Shown: one piece after another, positions 50,051 through 63,054 of the stretch | How positions within the stretch are numbered: the stretch's first letter is position 1 | How the letters are laid out: every line of letters begins with the position of its first letter | Source: Moniliella sp. 'wahieum' | Taxonomy: Eukaryota | Assembly (NCBI GenBank): GCA_003971905.1 | Contig: RSEE01000007.1 | Coordinates: 1-64,000 of the forward strand | Direction: 5' to 3' | DNA: 64,000 nt | The notes under the pieces: generated by a model | Seen by the model: only the letters and a program-made list of their open reading frames with translations | What the model was told of the DNA's origin: nothing | Databases searched by the model: none | Translations under genes and position numbers: made by a program

Positions 50051-53000
50051 ATGTCCCCGCCCTCCCCTCCCCCCCCACCCCCCCCCACCCTCCAGCGCCG
50101 ACCGCACCTTCCACCGCCTGCTCGATGAGTTTGTCGTGCCCGACTCGTCTCCCTGCCGCCGCCTGGTCGGCGTTACCGTTGCGGGCATGGGCCGTGTTGC
50201 CGTCGCTCCCGAGCTCGCCGTCGCCGTCTCCGCCTCCGCCTCTGCCTCCGCCTCCTCGCCCTCCACTCCCCCCCACCATCGTCTCCCGTCCGCGCCCTTG
50301 CGCCGCCCTCTTTGCCCCCGCCGTAGCACCGCCGGCGTCCTCCTGCTCCTCGTCCGCAGCCGCAGCTCCCGCTCCCGCTCCCGCCGCCTCCTTCCAACCC
50401 CCGAATCTTCCCTTCTTTCTCGCGCCCCCCACAGCCCCGCCTGCGCGCTCTCCCTCGTTGCCTTCGTTGCCCTCGTGCCAGCGCCCACCCCAAGACAACT
50501 CTGCCCCCCCCAAAACCCATCCGCAGCCGCATGCACCGCCCCCTCCGAGCATGCTCCCCCCGCAGCCTTGCTCCTTTTCTGTCCGCCCCGTCGATCCTTT
50601 TCCCGGCCTTCTTGCCCGCCCCAGTGCCAGGGCGCCGCTGCTCCCGTTTGCCTCTTCTTCTTCGTCCAATGGCGACTCGCGCGCCTCCACGTCCGATGCC
50701 GCTTCGTCCCTTCCAGCCAGCCCACCTCTGGCCCCACCACGCTGGATCCCGAATTCCGGCCCACCTAGCCCACCATGCTCCGGCGCTAAAGGCGTTGGTC
50801 TCCCGCGCGCGGCAGGAGCACAAGCGGCTCGTGCACCCCACCGAGCCTGGTGCTGCCTTGTTGAACTGGCCAGACCTTGCCGATGGCCCTTGGCAAGCCC
50901 GCTCGCCCGCCGCACCTTTGCCGCCCGCGCGCGCTGCTGCCCCTCTCGTATCCGCCCCCACTTCGTCCGCCACTCCAATTTCGGAGGCGGAAGATGAAGC
51001 GAAACGAGAATTCTGCTGCGGTGGCTGGACGAGCCCTCGGAGAGCGACGAAGAGGACGAGGGGGAGCCGCCGGTGGGGCCATCCCAAGGCTGACGCGCAC
51101 ATTCAAGGAGGAGGATCAGTGGCTGCACTTGTCCCGCGTTGGAGGAGAAGGAAGCGGCGGCGGCAGGGACGCCGGATCGACTCCCGCTGGCACCCGATCT
51201 GAGTCGCGCCGCTACCCATCTCGTTCCCTCGCTCGACCCGGCTGTTCGCTCTACCCACCCGATGGTCCGCTGTGCCTTGTCCCAGCGCGCTTGGAAGGGG
51301 CGCCAGCGCGCGCTGGCGTGCCACTCCTCTCTCTTGGTTCACCATTTGGAACGCATGGTCCCAGTCGAATGCAGCGGCTGCCTTGCGGCAGCCACGAGTA
51401 TCCGACCACCCGCGTGCATTCCCTCCTCTCCCCGGATCGGCGCAGCCCACCTGGACGTCCGAGCAGCTGCGGAGGGCGCACCGATGCTGCCCCCTCCCAC
51501 CATCGGCTGTGGTCTGCCGCTGGTGCCCCCCATGTCTGTGCTTCAAATGGCTGAAATGCCAGGCATGCATCTCCCACCAGATGCGATGAGCTTGCTCCAG
51601 AATGCAGAGGCTTGAATGCTGCCGGTTCTGAAAGCGCCCCTCCGCTCGCCTCGAGAGCTGAGCGCAGAATGCCCGTTGTGCCCGTTACCGCCAGCCAGAC
51701 AAGCCGGACTCTCAAGAAAAGAGCAAGGACAAGGACACGGGCATGAGGAGAGTACGGACACTGACACCGACATGGACAAGGACAAGACAAGGATAAGGGC
51801 AAGGACAAGGACAAAGGCAAGGTCCTAAGCCGGACCACCGACCAGGACCAGGACCAAGACAAGGACAAGAGCAAGGCCAAGCGTAAACGCCAGTCGACTC
51901 CGATCCTATCTGCTGCTCCTGCAGCTTCTCTTGTCCTTCCTCGCGGCCAAACGACGCCGGACGACTACCCCCAGTGAGTTGGTGGCGGAGGTGCCAATGC
52001 GCTTGTCCGTCGGGCCCGAAGAGCTTCAGCTTCCCGCTCCACGCGGCGCAGCCTGCCACGCAAGTCAAAGGAACCTGTGCGCGGTTCCGCACGCCTGCTC
52101 ATGCTGCCACTTTGCCCGGCCCACCTTCCCACTCCAGCACGGGCAAGCGCGACTCGCCTGCGCTCGCATCGTGCTTCTGTGGCTTGGGCGCCGATGGCGG
52201 GCCGGAGGTACAGTGCGGATCGTGCAAGCGGGTGTACCATCAGGCCGTGTGGGTACCGTGCCGTGCGAAGCAAGAAGGAGTGGGTCTGTCATGCCTGTAC
52301 CGTCCGCTTGGCTGCGGGCACACCGACGTCGAGTCAAGCCGAAGTGACCGAGGCAAGAAACCGATGCGTCAGCGGTACCTGTTCCCACTGCCCCTCGCCG
52401 CTCGCGGGGCCGAGAGGCGACTCGAGCAACAGGTCTGCGCCGCTCGACACGCGTGTCAAGTCGAAGCAAGACCCCGGCGACGGCGGCGGTACAGGTCCGT
52501 GCCGAGCCTGAGCCCGAGCCCGGCACGGGTCTGGACGAACCGATGAGCTTGGACAAACCGTTGGGCGATGTGGAGGTTGTCGCTGAGTTTTCGGGCGATC
52601 CACGCGCGTTGGCATTGCCTGCCCGATCGGGTGCGGCCGCCTCTGGCTCTTCGTGGGGCGGGATAGCGCCCGCACCAGTACCGATCCCACTCCCCCGACC
52701 AGCCAAGAGGGCGGCAGGCTTGCGTACGCCGCCTGCCCAAAAAGCACCGTCGCGTGCTCGCGCCCATCGATACGGGATGCGTGCTCTCGATCCAGGCTCG
52801 CCGCTGGCACGCAAGTCGGGCCCGGGGACCATGCTGTCTTCGCCCACGGGGTGCTGACTTCAGGCCGAAAGCCACCTTCCTACCTATCGGGACCGGCGAT
52901 GATTACGCCCCCCAGCAAGAGGTCGCTTGGAGGGGAGGAAGGCGCGCATGACAAGCAACAGGGCGATGGGGACGAGGTGGACGTCTGGTCCAAGGGCGAC

Positions 53001-53573
53001 GGCCTTTCGCCACGGCGTGGATCTGGGTTTTCGCTCGAGTTGCCCTTGTCGGTGAATGCGCAGAATTGTCGGATGCGAGCGTTGGCCTCGCCGAGCGCGG
53101 CGGGGCCTCGGATGGGGCCGGTGCTTTGGCCCGAATCCCGAGCCGGGCCAGTAGGCTGGACGCCTTGACGACCCAAGCTGCTGACGAAGAAGCAGCGGCG
53201 GCGTTTACGTGGTCGGGCCAGGCGCGGCAGGCAGCAGGACTAGGCACACCTCGACTGGTGGTAGGTCCCCCCCGCGTGGTTTGGGATCAAGGGGGATCCC
53301 CAGCACGCCACCTCCCCGACGCGAGGGGCTGGCGCTGCTTCCGTTTCGCCTCCGCCTCGTCCGCCCGAGCTGCTCTCGACCCCTTCCCGCCTCGACACGC
53401 CCATGGCTGTGGCCGGGCGCGAGTTTGGGCTGGATATGGGCACGCCCGGCGGCGCATTTGCCACCCCTCGCGGATTCCCTTCGTTTGGCGCCACGCCCAC
53501 CGGACTGGGCGGTACGCCTGGCGTGGGCACCACACCCGGAGGACGTTTGGTGGCCACCCGCGTGCGTTTGGTC

Positions 53574-53604
<31 letters not shown>

Positions 53605-54017
53605 CAGCTTACCACCGCTGGGCCTGGGTGGTATGTCGATGGCATGGGGCGCGGGCGGACCAACGTGACGCCCGGCCCTGGTGCCGGACTGCCGCGCGAA
53701 GCGAATGCGGGCTGGTCCATGCCCTCGCTCGTGTCGACTGGTGGACAGGCCTTCTCGGGAGGGAGACGGGTAAGTCCCACGCCGCACGAGGTCGCTACGC
53801 CGCTCGGTTTGGCCACGGCCAACCGACTGGGATGGAGACCGACGATGGCGTCGGCAGCGCGGCGCCCGTGGCGCCCGCAGGACCCAACCCACGGCCATGG
53901 TACGCCGACTCACCTTCGTCCACGCGCAAGTCGCAGCGCCTGGTGCCCTACTCTTCCTCCCCGCAGGGCCTCTCCCCGCCCGCCCGCGCGCTGCCGTCCG
54001 ACGCGAACGCGAACTGA
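50051..54017 (+). CDS. Large low-complexity protein with a PHD-type zinc finger (frameshifted; bounds approximate)
   Basis: CFCGLGADGGPEVQCGSCKRVYHQ..C..C near 52170-52300. Pro/Ser-rich N-terminus, DK/QD hexamer repeats at 51720-51880, TPG-rich C-terminus. Confidence 0.5.
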
Positions 54018-54396
54018 CGCCCCATGCCGAGGCCGCAGAGCCTTGGTGACGGGCGCAGGCGTGAGTGGGCCACGAGTCCCCCCCACTCTGCTGGGCGTGG
54101 TCCTGTGCCTCTGCCTCTGCCTGTGCCTCTGCCTCTGCCTGTGCCTCTGCCTCTGCCTTGCCCCCGCGCCTCGTTTGCTTCATTTGCATAATCTGTCTGC
54201 GTGGTTCCTGCGAGGGCTGCCTGTCCTCTGTGCGTCTGCTTTGCTCTTTCCCTGTGCGCCCTCTGCGTTTGCCCCCCGTTCTCCGCACTCTCTCGGAGCT
54301 GGTCGCCGCGCTGGCGTGGGCGCTGTCCTCCGCCCAGCCATGCTTCTTCTCCCGGCTGCGAGCATGTATACCTTCCTTCTTCATGGCTTATTTGCA

Positions 54397-54420
54397 TGTG
54401 TGTGTGTGTGTGTGTGTGTG
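54397..54420. repeat. (TG)n microsatellite
   Basis: Direct reading. A (GCCTCT/GCCTGT)n hexamer run also lies at ~54105-54157. Confidence 0.95.
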
Positions 54421-54769
54421 AGTAAGGGCATCGGCAGTTGGCGAGGCAGCAGGACTAGGTGGGGCCTTGGGACGACACTTGTCTCTGGCGATTGCAGCAC
54501 AGACGGCGTAGTCAATCGTGCACGTGCAACATTCAACACTTGACTTTCAAATTTCAACCGGCGCTTGCCAGTCGGTCGTGCGTACGTAATGCTTACCACA
54601 TAGGGCACGCATGTCACATGTCACATGCCACATGTCATGATTTGAGGATGGGTTCATCGATCCTCCGATCACCGCACCGGCCAGGCTGGGGCAGCCTCCT
54701 CGCCTCGCAGCCGGTGCCTGCCACCCTGAGCATTGCCACCACCACCATCGCCCTGCTCATCCGCCAGCC

Positions 54770-56146
54770 ATGAAGATTCTGCGCAAAGATGTGGAGAAGG
54801 ATGGGTCGGGCACGATCAAGATTATCCCGGAAGAGGAGTACGTGCGCCTTGGCTTTCGGCTTGCGCTTGCGCCCGCGCTGACCCTGGGTGCGCTACCACG
54901 CTAGCGAAGACATGTACCAGCTCTACAACCTGATTGAGCGAGGCGACCGTGTCAAGGCATCTACCGTGCGTCGGTTGCAGTCCGAGTCGACCACGGGCTC
55001 GATCGAGTCGCATCGTGTGCGCCTGGACTTGACGCTGGCAGTGGAGCGGGTGGTGTTTGATGCCAACGGTTCCTCTTCCTCCAGCACGCCGGCGCTGGGT
55101 GCCGAGGCGGCCGGCTCGGGCGCCGCAACGCCGACGACCGCCGGGGGCCTGGGCGGCGGATCGGGCGCAGATGGCGCAACGCTTTCGATCAGTGGCAAAG
55201 TGGCAGAGGAGAACAAGCATGTCAAACTCGGCGCGTACCACACCCTCGACATTGAAGCCCATCGCGCCGTGACAATTTGGAAGGAGACGTGGGACGCGGT
55301 GCATCTGGCAACGCTGTCAGAGAGTGCGGATGTCGGGCACCGGGCTGAGGTGGGCGCGGTGGTGCTGGGCGAAGGGACGGCGGTGGTATGTTTGTTGACG
55401 GAGAGCATGACGGTGGTGCGACAGCGGATTGAGGTGCCGGTACCGAGGAAACGTAAGGGCATGCCGAGCACTGCGGCCGACAAGGCGACACAGCGATTTT
55501 ACAACCAAGTGTACACGGCCGTGGGCAAGCTGCTGCAGCTGCCGCCGCCATCCGGCTGATCATCCTGGCCAGCCCAGGCTTCACCAAGGATGCCGTGTAC
55601 GACTATCTGTTTGCCGAGGCGACCCGGCGCGGGGACAAGCTCTTGCTCGGCTCCGACACCAAACGCAAGTTCCTCCGTATCCATGTCAACTCGCCGCATG
55701 TTCATGCGTTGCAGGAAGTGTTGCGCAGCCCGGAAGTCATGGCGCAGCTGAAGGATACCAAGTTTGCCCGCGAAGCGCTGTTGCTGGACAAGTTTCTCAA
55801 AATGCTCTCGGCCGATGAACTGCGCGCGTGGTATGGCGTGGACCATGTCTTTCTTGCTGCGGAGCGCGGCGCGGTGGGCGCACTGCTCATTAGCGATGCG
55901 CTCTTCCGCTCCGCCGACCCTGCGCAGCGAAAACGGTTTGTCAACTTGGTCGACCAGGTTAAAGCCCAAGGAGGCGAGGTGGCCATCTTCTCTTCGATGC
56001 ATGAGACGGGGAGGCAACTCAATGGCCTGACGGGCATGGCTGCCATTCTCACCTACCCGTTGGACATTGAGGTTGTGGAGCGCGAGGAGCAAGAAGAAGC
56101 TGAGGCACGAGCACGGAGCGAGGCCAACGCCCCTTCAGAGGCCTAA
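54770..56146 (+). CDS. DOM34: Pelota/Dom34 ribosome-rescue factor
   Basis: [22 protein letters not shown] | [92 protein letters not shown]. Intron 54838-54904; frameshift near 55550. Confidence 0.96.
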
Positions 56147-56794
56147 TATTTTCGTGCGGCAGACCTAGACCCGCCATCCGGACCAATGGGGCGGGACGCT
56201 TTGGAGACGGCATCAGGACTGTGACAAGGTACTTCTGATGTGCAAAATGTGCATAGACATCCGCAAAGGATTGATGTGGCAGCTTGGCCAGCCAACCTGC
56301 TGGGCATCTTCGCATCGACAAGTTCTTGTCTCACGCTTTTTTTGTTGGAATGAGCGATGTCTTGTGGCTACTCGATGCGATTCGCCGACCTAGATCACCC
56401 CCATTCCCTCCCCTCCCAGCCCTCTGTCTGCGAGCGAATAGGAATAGCGGCCAGGATGGACTGCAATTCTAACCTGCCCTAGTCATAGCAGTGTAATTGG
56501 AGAAGACGAACAAGACGATGGCATTCAACTTCAATGGTGACCGGTGAGGCTGTGAGGGCGAAAAACTGTATGCTGACAAAAAGGCTAGCTGTAGCGATGT
56601 GTTACGGCAGGAAGTAGATCAACAAGCAGGTGGTAACGAGTTGAGGAGTTGAGCGAAGAGGTGGCGCTAGTGCGGAAGAATAGAGGAATGCACCAGCGGT
56701 GTCTACTACACGTGCGACTTTCAACCTCAACAAGAACAAGATGGAGAGGCGTCATGTGGGAGCGCGGCGCAGACCAAATCTAGACCAAACGTCC

Positions 56795-58054
56795 AACTAG
56801 GGCAGTGCCACTCCCAGCACCCACGGTGCAACAGATCTCCCTCCTGTAAGCTGCCGTAGGAGACAGAGATCGAGGGAGAAGGAGGGGGGTATGGTGGTGG
56901 TGGGCCTTAGCGCAGGGGTGGGAAAGTGATGTTGGTCTGGGAGGGGACGGAGCCACTTAGCGTGGGCGGCCCCGTCGACGACAAGCCCCTGAACGTCAGT
57001 GAGGCATTAAGTCAGGCTGTCGGAGGGGCCAGCCACACTGGCTAGGCCAGCGCACTTGGGGGCATGTTGGAGAGAGGGACCCGGGTGCGCTTAATCAGGA
57101 GCCTCTCTTGTGCGGGCTGCGCATGACCCAGGGCTGCTCCAGACGGAGGGCGCTCTGGATGTCCTTGGTCAATTGTGTGTGCCAGTCCCAGAACTTGTAC
57201 CGATAGTCACTGCTGGCCAGAGTCAGTGCCAGCCACTGTGGGAGCTCGCGGTTGACATGGCTCATGATGGTCGTGGCCATCGCCTCGCCCAGGAGGTAAA
57301 GTCGTTGCGAGCCTGGGAAGCCAAGTCGAGGCGCGGGAGGGTTCTGTAGTGCTTACCGTTCAGGACCTTGGTCCGGTGTTGCTCGAGAGCTGCCAGGGGG
57401 TCGACGGCAGACGCGAGGGCGATCTTGATGTTGTGCCAGCACGGCTTGTGGACACCGGGCTGGATGATCATGGAGACGGTGATGCCGATGCGCCCAATAG
57501 CTTCCTGGGCCAATGCGGCGGAGAGTAAAGAGAACTGGTTAACGCCGTAGGCCGCAAAGATCGTCTCGACGTTGTTTGCCCAGTAGGGCAGCTCAAGCGC
57601 CTCTTGGGACCACTCGGGGAGGCGGACATGCGTGGCGCGGCTGATCATGACGTTGTCCGTGTGCGCGTGGCTGCCATCGGGGATCATGGGCTTGTTGTGG
57701 AGCTGGATCCATGGCGCAAAGACAGCCGGGACGCCGGGTGGGGCGACCGGAGGAGCGGGTTCGCGTGCGGGCGCTGCAGCGGTCGGCGCGCGCAGGTTGG
57801 TCAGCAGCGAGGCCACGCCCTCTGGAAGCACCATGCCTCCGAAGGCGGCGCGGGCGTTGGCCCAAGCAACCAACATGCTCTTGGAGTCGAGGTCGGGCTT
57901 CTCAAGGAAGGGGTGCGCGTTTGCCTCATCAAGGGCCAAAGCCCTGAACAGGTCGATGGTGAAGAGGTTCTGCGGACGGGGTGAAGGGGCCCGGGATGGT
58001 GACCTGCACGTCGTGAGGGGCGGGCGCGTCGCCAGGTTCACCGGTGGTTGCCAT
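56795..58054 (-). mobile_element. Degenerate Gag-like ORF (capsid-like helical domain, possible zinc-knuckle remnant), no pol
   Basis: LPEWSQEALELPYWANNVETIFAAYGV..CWHNIKIALASAVDPLAALEQHR resembles a retrotransposon capsid pattern. Downstream Pro-rich linker with stop codons and GCWEWHCP near 56800-56825. Confidence 0.4.
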
Positions 58055-58430
58055 TGTGGGCGATGGGGCGGGAAGCGGAAGCGAGGGCAGCGCTGCGGGC
58101 GCCCAACTGGGTAGACCTGTCGCGACGTACTACAGGCCGACGGCGCGGGTAGTTGTTTGTTTGTCCCAGCCGTAGGCCTACGCGCGAAGGGTAGCAAGGA
58201 CATTATATGGACGGTGGATCAGCCACTGGTCTTGTCTTTACATTTCAGATTTCAGATTGCAGCATCGGCGCCGCCGCGCTTACGTAGTGGGGCTCCGCTC
58301 TGCCACCGACCCGCCCTCGTCCCACCTTGGGCACGCCTTCTGGCTTCAAGCTTCACTTGAAGCTTCACGCCGGGAACTTGAACCGAACGGTGCTGCGTGC
58401 GCCGCCACCGCTCCTCTGCCTCCACCCGCG

Positions 58431-59390
58431 ATGCCCCGCCCTGCGCAGCCATCCCAGTCCCGCTCGTCCAGCGCGCCTGCCGCGTCCGCCGCCGCCCGCC
58501 GCGCCGCGCGCCAACCCGCTGGAGCCCCATGCGTTCCAGCGGCTGCCCAGTGCCAAGGTCCATACCTTCCAGCTGCTCGCCATCCTCTTTTTCCAGGCGG
58601 TCGTGCTGGTCCTCACCACGCTCTACCTGCCCCAGGGCATCTTCCGTGCCGATGGGCCCAAGCCCACCTCTTCTCGGGCGTGCACGCCTTCCTCTCCACC
58701 GGCATGGTCCCTGAGCAAGACCGCGCGGCCCAAGTGCAGTCGCTGCGCTACCGCTTCCTGCTCTCGCTCCAACTCGCATTCATTGTGCAGTCGCTCGTGG
58801 TCAACCGCCTGGCCTGGTGGTTTGCCGTCGGCGACCGCATCGCCAAGGACGAAAGCATTGCGCGTCTGCGCAAAAACGAAGGGCTGATGAAGCAAGGTGA
58901 AAACATGGTGCTGACGACGCTTGCCTTGCCGGTGCCCCTGGTGGCGGCAACAGTGGGTGCGATTTTGTTCGGGGCACCCGTGTCCTGGGTCCCGTACGAA
59001 CTGCTGCAGACCGTTGTGCTGGGTGCGTACCTCACCCTCTTGGCGCTCTATGCCCCGCTGCACATCCTCGGCGACGACTGGGCGGCATGGGTGCGTCTGT
59101 TTGTGTTGCTGCGGCCGGAAAACGCTCGGGAACGGATTCTTCCGTTGCAATCCTTTTCCGTTGTGGCGGGGGCGATTTTGGGCTCGGCAGCGTTGGCGCT
59201 GGACTGGGACCGGACGTGGCAAGCGTGGCCCATCCCGCCCGTGCTGGGTGCGCTGGCAGGCGCCGTGGTGGGCAACGTGCTGGCTGGCGCATCGTACGCT
59301 TTCGCGCGTGCTGGCCCGCGTGCCAAGCCGTGGGTGCCCAAGAGCGGGCCGGGACATCTTCGTAAAGCGGTCGTGGCTGAGCAACAATGA
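58431..59390 (+). CDS. GPI11: GPI biosynthesis protein PIG-F/Gpi11
   Basis: ILFGAP, GAILGSAALALDWDRTWQAWPIPPVLGA; multi-pass hydrophobic. Frameshifts in the 5' half. Confidence 0.9.
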   Translation: MPRPAQPSQSRSSSAPAASAAARRAARQPAGAPCVPAAAQCQGPYLPAARHPLFPGGRAGPHHALPAPGHLPCRWAQAHLFSGVHAFLSTGMVPEQDRAAQVQSLRYRFLLSLQLAFIVQSLVVNRLAWWFAVGDRIAKDESIARLRKNEGLMKQGENMVLTTLALPVPLVAATVGAILFGAPVSWVPYELLQTVVLGAYLTLLALYAPLHILGDDWAAWVRLFVLLRPENARERILPLQSFSVVAGAILGSAALALDWDRTWQAWPIPPVLGALAGAVVGNVLAGASYAFARAGPRAKPWVPKSGPGHLRKAVVAEQQ

Positions 59391-59644
59391 TCTACCTCGA
59401 TGCTCTGCTCTGGTCGATGGATCCTTTGCTTGTGTCGCCTCTCTCCCTTTCTCTCTCCCTACACATACTCTCTTTTTTCTTTCTTTCTCTGTCCCTCTTG
59501 CTCACACACCTAATCCATCCCTCGCTTCGGCGCAATGTGGTGGTCAAGGTGGATGGAGACCAGGCAGAGATAGAATGCGATAACCAACAGCCAAAACGGC
59601 CATTACCAACGGGAGGAAACGCTCCCCCTATAGAAAAGAGGGAC

Positions 59645-60233
59645 CTACTGGGTATCAAGAGGGACGGCGGGCATGACAGGGGGCAGGGCGCTTTTGGCCC
59701 CCGCTTCAGCCTCGGGCTGGGGCGAAGGATCGTCGGTGACAGTGGGCGGGGCATCCTGGACGTCGGGCTGAGCCTGGACTTGGAAGGCAGAGGGAGGAAG
59801 CTGAGCAAGTTCGTTAAGGAACCTGGGGCAGGCCCAACGGGGATCATCAGCCATTGGCTCGGCACCGAACCAAAGCGAGCGGGAGAGCGAGCGTACCAGG
59901 AAACCGCCGCCCAAAGGCAAGAAGCAATGGCGAGGAGAGCGAGAAAGTGAGGGTTGCCGCGGGTCAAGATGGACAGCGCGGTCAGGGTGAGGAGGAGGAG
60001 GACAAACGTAAGGTCCATCACCCTGCGAAGCGGCGTGTTGAGCCCGGGCTGGAAGAGAGATTGGATGACGGCATCGGCTGCACCGCCGTTGCCTGCGGGC
60101 GCGGCGGGAGGGGCGGACGCGTCGGCGGACGGGGTGGGAGACACATCGAGGCTGGCAGCGCCAGGGCGCTGGCGTAGCGCATCGTTGCCCGAGGATGGGA
60201 GGGGGCCGTGGCGGTGGTGGTAGCGCTGGCCAT
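59645..60233 (-). CDS. PKR1: V-ATPase assembly factor Pkr1
   Basis: IQSLFQPGLNTPL..TFVLLLLTL..NPHFLALLAIASCLWAAVSW|FLNELAQL. Intron 59823-59896. Confidence 0.85.
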
Positions 60234-60354
60234 GGCGATGGTGAGGCCGCAGAAAGAGAGCAGGGAGACGGGCGGTGGCGGGCTGGAGGCTGCTGGAGGC
60301 TGCTCGGGCCACGAAACGCGGCAGGGCGGAAGGGGAAGAAAAAGGCGGGTGGTG

Positions 60355-60375
60355 CACGTGACCGTCAGTCACGTG
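60355..60375. promoter_or_regulatory. Paired inverted GTCACGTG E-boxes (Cbf1/bHLH-type) upstream of PKR1
   Basis: CACGTGAC at 60355-60362 and GTCACGTG at 60368-60375, ~120-140 bp upstream of the ATG. Confidence 0.5.
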
Positions 60376-61387
60376 GCATGAGGGCCAAGGAGCGTGTGCG
60401 ACAGGAGGAGACTGGAAACGATGGACCTATGCTATTAGTCTATCCGGATCGGCCAGGAGAAGACACCACTACCTCTTTGCCACTGATGGCAGAGCTCTCA
60501 TAGACGGGCATCCATGCAGTCTATCATGGGACGAGCCCCGAACCCGCCCCGACCTGTACTTTAGGAGAACAAGCGCTTATTGGACAGCCATCGGAGTCAC
60601 ACGCATGTACGATAGCAAAACTAACATGGAAGCCAACTCTCACCCCCCCCTAATACTGACGGAGGAGCAGGCTCGGCATGAGCACGTCTAAATGGTCGTT
60701 CTTGCTAGCCCAACGGAGGTCCACATCTTACCACAGATTCGTCCGAACCCCATACAAAGGAAACCCAATGTCTGCCACAGCACCTCATCCCGCTCGTCTT
60801 CCAACTGCACGGAGCGAAGCAGGTGACGAAGCCTCATCTGAGTATAGTAGGAGTGCCCCTCCTCAAAAGACGCCCGTTTGAAGGGTAACGCCATCCAAGT
60901 TGAGCATGTGCTGTCGCAGCTCTGTGTCGCCCACCTAATCCCGAACACAAGTCCGACGATGATCGATTATTCTTTTTGCTCCTCAAACGTCCGGGATCTA
61001 TCGTCCCTGACCCGTTGCCACACTCGTTGCCACACTCTTACGTTTGGGGAGAAGGAGAGGCAATGTGTCTTCATCCTGAGACGCTATATTCCACACACAA
61101 GCGCCAATTCCCGCCTCCGTTTCCCAAGAAGATATCAGATTCAAGCAATGTATACGAATTGGCAAACGAAAGTAGATGCCGTATATCTCAATACCAGCCC
61201 ATCAACTGCAAAGGGACAGAGGGACAGTCATGCAGAGGCTGAGAAAGGGGCTGGACTTTGCGAGTTCTGTTGTACATCACACAATCCCGGGGTTGTGTGT
61301 GTTATTGAATTAACGACAAGAAACCAGAATAGGAACAAGGAGCGAAATGATATAGTGAGTGTGTAGTGTTACCGTGACCAGATGAAA

Positions 61388-62689
61388 CTAAGCGTACCGA
61401 CCCGCGGTTTCCGCGCTAGAGGCAGAAGCGAGGTCCTGGGCAGACAGCGCCGATCGGGCGGGGCCGAGTCGTAGATTGGCTTCTTCCTCCTCGGCCTCCG
61501 TGTCGGCCTTGGGTTTGTCCGCCTCAAACTCCTCGAGCGACGGCCGAGACGGATTGAGGCTGCCGCGTAACGCGACTGGGTCGGGGCTGAACTCTTCTTG
61601 GACGGTGGTGATTTGGATGACGCCTGGTGGTGGTCCCCTGCTCTGGGTCTCGCGTGTGTGACCGGGGAAGCCAAAGCCTTCCTTGTGGCTTGGAGTGAGA
61701 GAGGGGAGGGCAAAGGCCGAGCCGTCTTTGGTCGCTGCAGAGGGCCGCATAAAGGAACCAATTTCTTTGGCCATACTCTTGCGGAAGGTGCCCAACATGC
61801 TGCTTCCCGGAGAAGAAGGCTTGGAAACTTCTTGACCAATCAATTCTTGATGGCTCCTCCGCGTGTTGAGCGTGGACAGGAGCGAGTTGCTCACTAGCTT
61901 TGGCGAGATGAGGTTGAACATCAAGTGCACATCCGACATGGGCTGGGATAGGAAGAGAGGGAATAATGTTAGCTGCTTCGTCCAACGAAGGCAACCCGTT
62001 TGCAGTGGCCACAGTGAGTGGGACAGATACGTACATGAGATGCAACAATGCTCATATGGCAAACGTCGCAAATCAGGGTCAAAACGGAGGTCTGCAGAAT
62101 GAGGTTCTTGAGTTCAGAGATGCGCGAGTCGGTGGCAGAGAAGCCTGTCAAGGCGCGGCGGAGGGTGACGTAGAGCGCGATGGTTTCCAGCAAGTCACAG
62201 CTGACGATGCAGCAGCTCATGACCAGCACTGCGGGCTGGACCGTGTCGAGAGCATCAAACCGCTTGAGAATACCACAGCCGACCATGGTGGCCGTGCAGC
62301 CAACGATGCCACCAAAGGCCAAGAAGAGAATGATAGAGGTGAGCCACCACTGGCGCCGTAGAGAGTGAATCCTCCATGCCAAAAAGCATTCGACAATAAA
62401 GCAGCTAATTGCGCCCGACTCCATCGAGCCAATAAAGCTGGAACCAATATAAGCCAGATATTGAGGCTCTCATAGTGCCTCACAAGCCACCCCGACAAGG
62501 AATTGCAAGCGCACACCGTGTTCGTGATCTCAGCCATGGCTACAAGCGCGACGACGAGCTTCAAGCCCCAGGGGTCACGCACAAACCTGTCCAAAGCAGC
62601 CACAACTGGCAAATGGTAACGCCAAAGAGGATGAGGTTGACATAGAGCCCAATCAGCAGGTAGCCTGTGGTATTGGCGACAGACACCAT
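61388..62689 (-). CDS. Basidiomycete multi-pass membrane protein (DUF6534-like)
   Basis: GYLLIG, RFVRDPWGLKLVV, IVECFLAWRIHSL, CDLLETIALYVTLRRALTGFSATDSRISELKNLILQT, KLVSNSLLSTLNTR; probable intron near 61955-62032. Confidence 0.7.
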
Positions 62690-63054
62690 GGTGCAGGTAC
62701 GAGAAGAGGGAGAGGCAGGGGCCGGGGCTGGCGGTACAAAGAGCTGGAAATATGAAGAGGGATCGTGATGAGGTGGTGTGTTTAGGACGTTGTCGTCGAG
62801 GAGCGTGGAGAGTTGGTGGGGGTGGTTGGGAAAGGTAAGGGGGTCGTCATGAGGGTGGAGCGAGTTTTAACGTTAGCCCCCGACGAGAGGACCCCAATGG
62901 TCGTGAAACGGAGGAAGAGAGCGCAGAAGAGTAAGCTGTGTAAGTTTGATGCATGATATTCTTAGTCAGTGACCAGTTCGCTCCCGTCTTGTAGGTGGCC
63001 AGCACTACTTACCGGTTGCTAGGTACTCGTTATCCCCGTCTTATTGCGTGAGAG

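Noticed and set aside
60420..61366. ORFs between PKR1 and the DUF6534-like gene
   Set aside because: No motifs and no coherent gene model.
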